A stretch of DNA of 64,000 nt from Ginglymostoma cirratum (taxonomy: Eukaryota): positions 15,402,856 through 15,466,855 of the forward strand of contig JAHRHZ010000035.1 in NCBI GenBank assembly GCA_024137785.1, written 5' to 3'. The notes beneath the pieces are model-generated. The model saw only the letters and a program-made list of their open reading frames with translations. It was not told the DNA's origin and did no database searches. Shown here in pieces: positions 37,337-49,500 of the stretch. Position numbers and translations under genes: made by a program. How positions within the stretch are numbered: the first letter of the stretch is position 1; each line of letters starts with the position of its first letter.

Positions 37337-37944
37337 CTGATTTGAATTAAGTTTAGGCAGGGTTTTCCTGGCTCTGTGAATCTTGACCTCAGCATTAAGG
37401 CCTTGTGACAGTTTTTTAGCCTGAGATGTGTTTTCTTCTGGGTTTTCTTCTCCTGATTTGGCTGATGCCATATTAAGCGGTTTCATGGCTTGGTTTTGCA
37501 GAACTTCAACTGCACCTAAGTTTTTTACCTTGTTAACTCCTCCACCTTTGCTAGGAGATGAAGGAAGTGTTTTGGCAGCATGACCAATTAGAGGAGGACT
37601 CCCAGTCTGTACCTGCAGTAAGGGTTTACTATTTAAAACAAATCCATTACTTCCTGTCAAAGGCGTTAGTGTCACATCATCTGAATTCATATGATTGCTA
37701 GTTTTAACAGTCTTATTATCTTCTCCCAATATTCCATTTTCGGTTATCTGCTTTAGTTCACTTAAATCCCATGATGCTGTTTTCAGAGTGTCCTGAGTGT
37801 TTCTAACTGATGCTTGATGAGTCTTTGTTGAAGACGCTTCTTCACTCTTTCCACAAGAACCATTGGTTTCACCATCTGCAAACATCTCACAAGCTTCCAG
37901 CGGCTTCTCTGTGGCACTCAAGTTAGCAGCTGTAAGGTCACTTC
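37337..37944 (-). CDS. EHMT1: EHMT1 exon 3 equivalent, 608 nt, N-terminal region with HRARKT automethylation motif
   Basis: Part of ORF 37319..38026. Contains ADGETNGSC, GHAAKTLP and KIHRARKTLPK, motifs of GLP rather than G9a. Acceptor ctcttgtacag, donor CAG|gtgaga. Confidence 0.93.
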
Positions 37945-38734
37945 CTGTACAAGAGGTCACAAGAGTTTCATTACTTTTCTTCACAAAAACACTATGTGGA
38001 TAAACTAAATAAATAATTACAATCAATAGTGAAAAATACTAAACTCTCAATACATGCAGTAAGACTTTTTTACATCTCAAATCAAGAATAGAACAACTGT
38101 ACTAAATCAACAATTTTAGAAAATTATTTGAAACATTTAAATTTTGACCTCACAATAAAGGTAGGTTTTCAATAGAAATACTCATTTTCAGACCCATTCA
38201 TTTGGACTTTTAGTAGAAAATTGTGAAGTTTTGCCTCTGCAGAAACTGGCTGGAAAGCAACCTAAGACCTAGATTAGTCAAAATGGTCCAAGAGTTGCAA
38301 TTCAGGAAGTCCTGTACCCGAAACCCATCACTATCACTAGGAAGGACAACAGGGCCGGATTATAATTTGCACATCCATGGTTCATGGGCACAACTGCATG
38401 TTCATTTTTGTTAGTGGGTGTCCATAACACAATTTGTATGCTTCAGAAATTTCAGGAGACAGTCTAAAGCTGTCATGAGTTCTTCCAAAAAAAAAACATG
38501 GAACCCTTTTGGATAGGTCCAAGAGCATCTTAAGAAGTAAGATGCTCTGTACATGTGGCTAAGTGTCATTTGAGATTGTTAAAAGTACATATCAACATGT
38601 GCAAAAAAGAAAATAAATGCATTGAAACTGCCAAGGAAACTGTCAAACAGTCAAGCTGTCAAGGGAATGGTCAAGCTGAGAGTTGCTTTTCTAAAGCACT
38701 GGCATGGACAAGATGGGCCAATAGCATCTTTGGA

Positions 38735-39695
38735 ACAGAAGAACGAGGAGCAGGAGTGGGCAATTCAGCCACTTGAGCCTGCTCCAACATTTGATACAAT
38801 AATAGCTGAACTTAGCTTGGTCTCGACTCCACTGTCCTGCCTGCTCTCCAAAACCCTTTAACCCATTACTAACCAAAACTCTGTCCAGCTTCTCCATAAA
38901 TTTACTCAATGTTCTAGTATCCTCTGGGGTAGTGAATTTCACAGATTCATAGCCCTTTGAGAGGTGTAATTTCTCCTCATCTGTTTTAATTCTGCTACCC
39001 CGAGCCTAAAACCAAGACCTCTCATTCTAGATTGCTCCACAAGGAAATTTCCTTTCTATGTCTACTTTGTCAATTGCCCTTACCATCTTATATATCTCGA
39101 TTAGATCTCCTCTCATTCTTCTGAAGTCCAGCGAGTGTAGGCCAGTACTGCTCAATCTTATAAGACAAACCCCCTCATCTCTGGGATCAAACTAATGAAC
39201 CTCCTCTTCACCACCTCCAATACAACAACATCCCTCCTCAAGGGGGTGAGAATTGCACACAGTAATCCAGATGCAGCCTCACTAATATCTCATACTGTTG
39301 CAGCAACACTTCTCTTCTTTTATACTCTACTCCTTTAGCAAAAAAGGCCAAAATTCTATTTTCTTCATTACTTTCTGTACCTGCATACTAGTTTTCTGTG
39401 ATTCATGCACAAGGACGCACAGACCTCTCTGTACTGAAGCAATCTGAAGATTTTCTCCATTTAGATGTTAAGTTGCCTTTCTATACCTCTGATCAAAATG
39501 GATAACCTCACACTTATCCACATTAAACGTCATCCACATTAAACGTCATCCACCAAATTCTGGCCTATTCACCTAATTTTCCAGTATCCATTTGTAAATT
39601 TCTTATTTCTTCACTGCAACTTACGTTCCCAACTATTCTACCTTCATCTGTAAGTTTAGTTATACTACCCTCTATCCCCACACCCAAGTTATTCC
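38735..39695 (-). mobile_element. CR1 LINE 3' part
   Basis: Tail acagaagaacgaggagcaggagtgggcaattcagcc; minus ORF FMEKLDRVLVSNGLKGFGEQAG. Confidence 0.88.
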
Positions 39696-40157
39696 TAAAC
39701 TCTGAACTGTTCTATATTAACTGTCCAAAATTCCACAATCATGAATTCTAACATATGAACTCAATTTCCTAAGCATGCATTTCACCACAACGGTTATCTT
39801 CAATCAGCTAAAACACCCGAGTAAAAATTTGTGCATTGCAAATTATGAATTCATCCTTCCAGTGAAAGCTTAAATAGCATCTTTTGCCAACAAATACAAT
39901 TTGACATAATATTGCTACAATTTTTATTTCTAAATCAACTAGGCAGACAAACTCTTCCATCTGATATGGCTTACTTTAAATTCCATAGTCATCTATAAAC
40001 TAAACCCAACAGACTATCATAACTGGAAATCGAAATCCATTTTTTTCATTAGAATTTCTTCCAAGTGTACTGTGAACCAGAAGTCTTAGTGCTTTGCTTA
40101 GACAACATATTCAAAAAATATTAATGGCATTCAGCTTCTGAGTTTGTCTTTATTCAC

Positions 40158-40242
40158 CTTTGTCTTCAGTTGTGGATAGTTCTTTTGCCACTTCCCGCTT
40201 CCGATCTTCTATAGCAGTGTCTGCCCCAGTCATATCTGCAGA
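40158..40242 (-). CDS. EHMT1: EHMT1 coding exon (human exon 2 equivalent), 85 nt, phase 0-1: SADMTGADTAIEDRKREVAKELSTTEDK(G)
   Basis: Acceptor tctctttttggatttcag, donor G|gtgaat, open frame, phase fits the next exon. The sequence is poorly conserved, so the call rests on splice signals and phase. Confidence 0.7.
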
Positions 40243-41159
40243 CTGAAATCCAAAAAGAGAATTACTATTGTTTATAGATATACTGTACTTGTACATAAAT
40301 ATACTTAGTTTTTAAATAGCTTCAATTGATGAATTATTTTTGTTGACTTAAATACTTCTTTCTCTATAGTTCATGCATATTTGGAGACTGTGACCAATGA
40401 AAACCATTATTAAATGTACTTTCATCAACTAAGCTCAACTTAAGTGATCCGCTGTCTTTTGAAATCATCCCTTTTCAATAAGATCAATTGCATTTGCATG
40501 CAGACGGAAGGAAGCTAACTCAAAACTACTCTGACCATTTATGGCCTTGTCAATTTTATCAAGTTGCAAGATTAGTTTAAACAAAAGAAAATTCAAAAAT
40601 TATGTGAAAGAACATCCAGGGACCCTGGTAAGTAGGTGAAGCACAACATCTAGATTCTGCAAATGAGCAATGGTGTACTGGCATAACACAATAACATTCG
40701 ATACATAATTTAATTAAAAAGAACACTTGCAGCAACAAAAAGAAATTTCCATTGTGGTGTGGCTATGCAAAACAAGCGGAAAAATAATGAATTACAAAGT
40801 GCCAGGTTACATTCATCCTGCTCTAAGGAAACACACTGGGGTCCAAGCAGGGGGTTGAGTTCACTATTCTGGATGCTCCTGTTCAAGGTCAGGTAAGAGG
40901 AGGCTATGGTTGCAATTTAATGTTAATCAAAATCTGATATTTGACAGGCCAAAACATTTCTTCACCCAAAAAATACTGAAGTTCAAACACACACCATGGG
41001 CAAATGTTGCAAGCCAATATTGAATAAACAGAGAATATTTAGGTGGTGAGAATTATAATTCATTTTTTTTTCTACAATGAGTGCATTCCAACCCATCTAC
41101 CTATCCTGCTAGTCTCCAAAACATTCTAAGTCTTCTGCAAGTTACCACATTCGGTTTAA

Positions 41160-42012
41160 ATAATCTTTCACATGGTGTGTGCATCTCTCGCTAGGCCAGA
41201 ATTTGTCACCCATCCCTGGTTACTTTCTCAAATCACTGAAGTCCACGTGGCCCAGGTACACGCATAATGCTGCGCGAGCAAAGCAGTTCCCAAGTAAACT
41301 TTCAACAAATGAGGTCAACGTTAGTGATTCCATTGCCTAATGAAATCATTTCTTTTCTAATGAAGATCAATCTTACAAGGATGCTGACAGAAAAAGTTTG
41401 ATTTGTTGACCCCAGGGTTTTGAACCTGTTACAGTGAAGGAATGGCAATATAGTTCCAAATCAGGATGGTGTGTGGCTGGGAAGGAAACCTGCTAGTGAT
41501 AGAGTTCCCATGCCTCTGGTGCCCTTGTCTTTCTTGGTATAAAAAAAAAATGCATGGGTCGAGAAGTTACTGTTGAAGGTGTGTTGCCGAGTTGCTACAG
41601 TGCATATTATAGATGGGAAATACTGCTGCCACTGTGTGCCAATGGAGTAAGTAGTCAATGGCGTGCAATTCAAATGGGTTTGCTTTGTCTTGAATGGTGT
41701 TGAGCTTCTTGAGCGTTGTTGAAGCTGTACTTGGTCAGGTAAGTGGATCATATTCTAGCGCACTCCCGATCTGCATTTTGTAGATGGTCGACAGGCTTTG
41801 AGTCAGGTGGTGAGTCACTCGCTGCAGAGGTCCTAGTCTCTGATCTTCTCCTACAGCTACAGTCTAGTTCATGGCTGGTTCAACTGCTTCTGGTAAAGGG
41901 TAACCCCAGGATGTTGAGAATGGAAGATTCAGCAATGGTAATAGCATTCAATGTCATCAGGAGATAGTTAGATTGTCTCTTATTGAAGATGGTCATTGTC
42001 TGGCACATAAAT
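41160..42012 (-). mobile_element. Family B LINE fragments
   Basis: ggtgagtcactcgctgcagagg...gattgtctcttattgaagatggtcattgtctggcac; homologous to 52830-53900 and 56850-57200. Confidence 0.75.
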
Positions 42013-44407
42013 GCCATTTTTCAACCTCCGCCTGAAATATTGTTCATGTACCTAAATGGGCGACCACAATTCCTTTATTACAATACTTACTACACTCCAA
42101 AATTGATTAGCTGTAAAGTAGTTTGGGGTGTTCGTTTTTTGAGAGATTTACTACATAAATGCAGTTTTTAAAAAAAATTCACGATCACCTCATTCTAGAT
42201 GCAATGTGCCCTCTGAGCTGCAAGATAATACAATTGTGCTGTAGTTTCCCTGAGGCTCTGCACAGGCTGATCAGCTTGCAAAAACACTGACGTCCAGTTT
42301 CGCAGAGACCTTGAAGGTCTGCACACCAAAAAAATATGAGATTAAGTATCACCTAGATTCCTCAAGTACTGCAAACAGCCTGCTTCCATCTGTTTTGCTT
42401 TTGAACATTTCTACATCATCTTCTGCATTATTCTAAATATTAAAAAAAGTTTCAAGTTACATACGCAGAGTTTGTAATGAAATTCTGGAACTGTAGTGAA
42501 ATGATAATAAATTGGAAGACTTCAAATGGAGAAACAGATTTGGTACTATGCATAAACAGATTTATAAAGACTGCAGATTGAAAAGTTATTAAAACGTAAA
42601 TTAAATTCTAATACACATGTGCACTGACAATCAAGCAAGTCAATGTTACTGAATTTACACAAGTTATTGGGCAGGCCAGACTTGCTGTACTGCATTGCAA
42701 TTGTGCGTCTGGTTTTAGGGAGTTATGGTAAGAGACAGTGAAGACTCACCAGAATGTTAGGAATTACACATTATACCTGTGGAGAAAGGCTTTATTCCCC
42801 TGGAATAGAGAAGGTAAAAGACATTTTCAAAATTACGAAAGACTGAGCGAATTAAATGTTTCTTTTCCCTATGCAAATCAGTAATATGGAGGTATAAACT
42901 TTGAATGGTGACTGGAAGATCAAAAAAGGAAATTTAAAAAAAATAAGCCTTGTTAGAATCTGAAATGCTTTCCCATAAGGGAGTTATTGCATCAAAGTTT
43001 GCATAATTTAAAACTGAACAATGTATTTGAGGAAAAGCCTGGTAAATGGGATTAGAACAGACAGTTTCAACTGAAGATCTAGCATCAACATGACATGGTG
43101 GTTTCTTTCTATGGTGCAAACTGTCTGAATACAAACAGTTATTGCAAATGTCAGGTATAACTATTCGCAGCACTACTGAAACTGACATTCCAGGTTAATT
43201 TACAGTAGTAATTCTATACAGAATATTCAAATGTATTATCTTGAGGGGGTTTGCTAAATTTTTTGTTTCTAGTGTCAGTATAAGTAATGCATCAGTAGAC
43301 TCTAGTGACATTAGGGAAAACATACTGACATTGGTCAGAATGAAAGTGAACACTGGGAGGCAGCGCCTTATCATAAAAAGGGTTTCTCATTCTCAAGCTA
43401 TGGCAGAATATGACTGCCAGCTGAGATCACTGGAACTGAGATAAGTAAAGTCCAAAAGGACTTTCACACAAACACCCAAATACAGGTCCTCTGCCTGTTC
43501 TTTTTTCTAACAGATCAAGATGTTTCAATCTGCCCATGGATTTCTGCACATCCACTTCAATGGAACAATCAATCAACACACATAAATGTAGCACACATAC
43601 TTTATTCCAATTACAAAGAAAATTACAAACTCTTCCAGAAAATAGGACAAAATAATTCACAAGCAACAAAAGTCAATGTCTAGGAAAACAAATAGAGAAG
43701 AGGCATTCTTCTTTGGTTGCAATTGTTCCAGACGGAGTCTTTTTTTTCCCTAAAACTGGATGGCATTCTAAAAACAGTGTAGGCTGAAAACACACACAGT
43801 AACATAGGGAAAGAACATCTCTCACTCACAGGCTGAAATAGCACTCAGGCAATTCATGTTGACTGTGGCACCACAGTACTGATGATTGCCCAGTAGGAGT
43901 CACTCTTACAGGCTAGGAGGAGCAACTGCGCAAACACAACCAAAACACTGAGCAAAATTGTCATTTCCTAACAGGTTTGGTTGAGTTGGCAAAATAAAAA
44001 CATGCAGTAATTTCAAGTGCCTTGAGTTTCAACTAACCCATAATTAAATTGTACCCTGAGGTAATAGTAAAAGTGTATAGGTATTATTCTATTTTACTGG
44101 AAGTAACGTAGACTGCTAAGGCTTCCTAAAATCAAGATATAGATTCATTTAAACAACATTACAATTTTGTCATTCCACAGCAAAGCCTTATCATTACCAC
44201 CAAGTACAGCAATGAGAATTTCATCCTTCCAGAGTGTTGTGCAACTCTGGAACTCTACCTCAGAAGGCACTGAACTCAAAATCATTAAAATATTTTTAAG
44301 GCGAGGTAGACAGATTCTCGATAAAAAGGGAATAAGAGGTCATTGGGCGTGGGGGGGTGGGTTTAAGTGGAAATGTGGAATCTAATAAAACAGCTCAGCA
44401 ATGACCT

Positions 44408-44498
44408 GAGATAACAAGGTGTACAGCTGGATGAACACAGCAGGCCAAGCAGCATCAGAGGAGGAGGAAAGCTGACGTTTCGGGCCTAGACCTTCCTG
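44408..44498 (-). repeat. Penelope-type short repeat with truncated hammerhead, inserted in a CR1 tail (about 44215-44530)
   Basis: gataacaaggtgtacagctggatgaacacagcaggcc...gctgacgtttcgggcctagacc; cctga on both sides. Confidence 0.65.
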
Positions 44499-45979
44499 AT
44501 TTGCTGAGCAGGCTCAAAAGGGCAGGTGATCTACATCAGCTCTTTTCTTTTTGCATTTATATGCAAGTAAGTAGAATTTAAAAGTAATTTGTTGCAAGTT
44601 ATCTTGCCTACTTTGCCTTCCAAAATGTATTGAGGAAACTTCAAAATTATAAGTTAAAGCTTCTAATATCACATTACATAATTTCTACGCTATAAATAAT
44701 AGTCTCTATCTCATAATTTAGTGCAATAATTTGGTGAACAGCAATTTCATGGAATCAATCAAATACTGAGAGCATAGCTAATACAAAGTATGTAATACAG
44801 CAACACTGGACCACCTCCCTGTGTCCCAAAACCTCAGGACTTCTAACAAAATGCTTCTGATTTGTGCCACGTAATCAGTCTATAATTGAATGAGATAGGT
44901 GCAGAGACAAAAGCAGAGAGGTTGCTCTTTGCTACCTGACTTGAATATTACACGGACTGCATGTTAGTAAATACCCTGATAAATCTCAGCAATTCAGTCT
45001 GTATACTGTAATGAAATGTTACTGTTTTTGTTCCAGTTATTGTTGGTGCATGAGCAAAACGTTCATTCCCAATTACATGAACACTATGTTAACTTTAATA
45101 GTATATTTGTTTTAGAATGTAGTAATGTTGACATTTTATAACAGCAATTTAATGCAAAGATACCTTATATAAAAATTATATTTTTCCTTTACCTTTTCCC
45201 TATTTAGCAAGTGCAGCTTTCGTGACACAAAGACTGTAAATTCAGGGAAAAAAAATGACACAAAAACACAATGGCCAAGATTTTTTCAATTTTCTGTTGG
45301 CTCCACCTACACCAAATTATTTCCTTCTGACTGAATAATTAAATCTCAATGACACTGAAAAACTGCTCCCACCAGCAACTCACCAAATTATGGTGTTAAC
45401 TACTGTTTCATATTAAAAGTTCACTCAACTGCCTTTCTTTTTACTCTCAAGTTACAATTCATAAACTACCTAATTTCATGCAGTATTATTGAAAAATTAT
45501 ATTACTAAAATGCTCCATATGCTATACTGGTCATCAACAATGCACATCATCAGCTACATAACAAAGAAAACTACTGAAGTGGGGAAAAGAGACATAGAAC
45601 ACAATGAAATGTTTATAGTCCAACTGGATACTGTAACTACAGCCAAATCGTCAACCCACTGGAAATATTTTAACAGTTTCAGTAAATATGTGCAAGAGCC
45701 CAGCACAGTTCATAATACTCTAAAAGCAGAGAGGAAAAAAGCACTGCTTCAGAAGAACCGCTTCTAATGTGTTCCATAGTGTTGTTCATTACATTTATAC
45801 GATTCACGCAAAGTTAACCCAATAGGCAGCATTGCTCCAAAAGTATGCTCACAAGAGCTCAAACACTGAACAAATCAATGTATTTTTGTTGTTCGGAGCA
45901 AAGCAACATGTCTCTGGATTAAAACATGTTTTAGACACAATTTTCCACCCTATTTATTAGTTCTTAAGAGGAGTCATAG

Positions 45980-46055
45980 CAGACTCTAACTCTTCTCCTC
46001 TCTCCACACAGATGCTGACAGACCTGCTGAATTTCTCCATGACTTTGATTTTATT
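45980..46055 (+). repeat. Penelope-type terminal repeat fragment
   Basis: ctctctccacacagatgctgacagacctgctgaatttctcca, homologous to 7125-7170. Confidence 0.65.
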
Positions 46056-46439
46056 ACACATTTAAGTCCACCTGACAAAAGTATTAATGCTTAGAAACTA
46101 GAAAAATACAGAAGCACAAATAACTACGCATGTGAAATCCTGAAGAATGTTGCTTTAAAATTTAAAAACATTCTTTCCAGAAAACATCACACAAAAATTA
46201 CCAAGTCATCTCCCCAGTTTTCTTTCAATACCCACCAAGAAAACACATTGTATTCAGAAACACAACATAAATTCATGCTGTACAGTTAACTACAGTTCTG
46301 AAAACTACACAATTTATTTTTCCTTTCAGCTAACAGAAGCATGTCCCCAGCAAAGAGCAAACATTATACTTTTACTCACTGCAAGGTACCTAAATTATGC
46401 AATTTCAGCTTTGAATGCACAAAATGGATGATAGTATAA

Positions 46440-46548
46440 AGGTAGGGGTGGAGGTTAGATAGACCTTAGGTTTAGGGTAGAAGTTCGGCACAACATTGTG
46501 GGCCGAAGGGCCTGTACTGTGCTGAACTGTTCTATCTTCTATGTTCTA
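46440..46548 (+). mobile_element. CR1 3' tail
   Basis: cggcacaacattgtgggccgaagggcctgtactgtgctg...ttctatcttctatgttcta. Confidence 0.85.
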
Positions 46549-49500
46549 AAATACAGCTAATGGACGGATATCCAATATTATTTCAAGTCAGAATTTTAGC
46601 AATTTTACACAAGTACGTACAATAAAATGGACGTATCTTGATTATTTAATGGGGCAGAAATTTACATACCAGCTTAAAAATGTATTTGCCATTTGCCTAT
46701 TGTTGTTTTCTTGATAGACCCTTAACTTCCTAATGTTTCGACTATCTTTCTTTAGGATAGTTAATCTTCGAGTGCATAAATATTATCCATGTTACTTCAA
46801 ATGAAAAGTGTTATCTTCAAGTACTTGGAGAAACATTTGTTATCAATGCTGTAAGCTTATCAACCTAACATGAAACTATTATTTGAATCATTAAAATCCA
46901 GTGGTGTTTAAAGTTCCACAAACAAGTGGTTATCTTGTAGTTTTGCTCAAATTGCTTAACAATTCCCTATGCTATGAATCATTATTCTCATCTTTAAATT
47001 TAGGAGAATTATTTGGGGAATTTTGTTTGGTTGTAAACCATTCAGGAAGATTGCTGATAATCCTAAAATCTCTAAGTTGAGCCACAAGTAGCAAGTGAAA
47101 ATTAGCTTTTTAGAAAGCAAAGTCTGCAAAAGTAAAGATCTGCAGGTCACTTTGATACCTTTCCATGGACAAAGGCTCAAACAGTTGTAAATCCCAGTTC
47201 CTGCTGAAGACCGTTCCTGAGCTTCTACTCCTCATCTCCCCCTATGGACTACAATTCAATGACCTGAGCATGCTCAATACTGACAGCTGACTGCAGATTC
47301 AGCCATTTCATAACACGAGTCCTTGCAGATAAAATTATCTGCCATTTTGAGGCTTATTGAGACAACGTTCTTTGCTTTAAGCTCTTTAAAATTTCTTGAA
47401 ACTTCATGAAAATGTTAGTTCAATTAATACACATTTAATTCATTAAACACTGATCTATGTCTTGTAATTGTGAAAGGCAGGATCATGCAAATAAATAAAC
47501 ATCTCCCTCTTGGCAAGTCTTAACTGATCATCATCGACCTAATTTCAAACAAAAATACTGAGCAATTCCACAGGTAGAAACAAATGCTAAATCTTGGGAA
47601 GTGCAAAATATCATTGACACATGCTTAATACAGAGTATGTAGAACTATGAATGTAAATTACCTCAATACAAAAATAATGCCCCACTCTTTAAAAATCAGC
47701 TCTAGTTCAGACTTAGATGGAACTTAGACAAACTAATTGCTAGAAATCTAATTTGACTAATCCATCCTTAATTTTGGAAGGCCTGGTTTTGAAGGTTTGT
47801 TGAGTGATTACACAACAGATCATAAATTTCTAAAATGGTTCGTTACCGTATTATACTGAACTTAATGTAGTTCAATTAAAAAAACTGCTCACAGAAAGGC
47901 CATAGTTCAATTGGAAGAACTACTATGGAATTTTGTGCTTTACTGAAAGTAGTCAAGCAATCTGAAAATATAACACTTAACACCAAGGTGACAGTTGTCT
48001 CTAAGAGCACGGTACTTGTAGTCGGAAACAAAAGAGGAATTCTTTCAGAAACTGTCACCTCAGCTCAACCACGTGACTATCATCATACAGATAGAAATTG
48101 TTTAAGTGACCTTGTGCTCCTTTATTCCAATGTAAATGAAGTACATTAAACAAGAAGTATCAATTCCCTTTGAAGAAAGGGCACACACTGGAAATTTCAG
48201 TTGAGGGTCCAGCAATTAATAAGCAAAAACTTCAATATTAATCTATCTAATAACAGAATTGGAATACCAAAACCGCTTACACAAAATTTTGTGTATGTCA
48301 AACACAACAAAAGGCAGAACTTATAGCATGTGAAGCAAAAATATGGCAGAAAGAACTCAAGTTGATTGCCAAGCAAAATTTCATCCAAAACTGCATTTTT
48401 TAAACAAGTGAGAAGCAAAATAGCAGGAGAAAATATTATATTCTGAAGCACTGTTTCACATCACAATATACACTGTGTACTATTTTCTGGGAAGTCTCAT
48501 CTTAAGACAATTGATATTACAACAGAATTTGTAGGTCAAACTTTTATTTAAGCTCGGGATGAAATCCTAAGTTTCTGCCATTTTATGCTTATATGGAGCA
48601 ACAATTTGAAAATTAAAGCTGTGAACACTACTATCTCTGTAAGTCTTACATGAAAAGCTTTCTATTAAATCTGGACATGAAAACAAAAAATATTCAAGTT
48701 TTGATTTATTTCAGCAAAAGTAAATCTGATCCTACCTCATGTGTTATTTTTCATTAGACCTACAGGCCACAAACCCATTTTGGGTGTGATTCTCCACGTA
48801 TTACAGTTCGTAGCAGTCATAGCCACAGCTGGATATGACAAATGGCTTCTGCATATGTGAACCAGGGAGGATAAAATAAATCATCCAAGGTTCCAGACTT
48901 CTCATGCAGATGCCCATAAAACTGGAACGTGGTTCAATTTTGAGTGCCTCAGTGTCAACAATCACAGCCCATACTTAAGTATCAAGATGCCGTAGGGCGA
49001 ACGCAGTGGTGAGGGAAAAATCAGTACCTATGCAGAGAGACAGTAAGTTTTACTTGCAGTGTTGAAGTAAAAGTGAACAATGATTGTCTGGTAAATAATG
49101 TGATTTTATCAATGAAAGAAAGGAATTAAGAGCCTATTGATATGGACAAGAGATTAAAAGTGGTTCACTGAAAATAATTAAAAGATTGTTTCACTGTGGC
49201 AACTTCCCTTCAAAAAAAACTTGTGCAGGTGACCATAAAACAAAAAGGAGAATCATTTGGAAAATCAACTCTGCACACTGGATTTGTACTTAGGAATGCA
49301 TAAGGTTTAGGTTTGTGATAGAAAGCATAAATAGCACATTTGCACTCAATTTTCAAAAGGGTACTTTTGTATGGCAGATTTACATCAATATCTGAATCAC
49401 AAGAGCCACGTGTATCATAACATTTACAAATACAGCAGTAAATGCACTCAAGAGCACTGATCTGCTCTGGTTTTAGTTAAATCCTAGTTCCAGAGGTGAA

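Noticed and set aside
37945-38026. N-terminal extension of the 235-aa ORF
   Set aside because: Lies upstream of the exon 3 acceptor; intronic read-through.
39517-39553. 16-nt tandem duplication (atccacattaaacgtc x2)
   Set aside because: Ordinary slippage inside a dead CR1.
771-40242. Calling the gene EHMT2 (G9a)
   Set aside because: The N-terminal motifs ADGETNGSC, GHAAKTLP, LPQNQ and MGTYSL...KQRTVLEMF, and the exon layout, match EHMT1.
43860-43940. tgatga box-C-like motif suggesting a snoRNA
   Set aside because: On the strand opposite the host transcript, with no box D or terminal stem.
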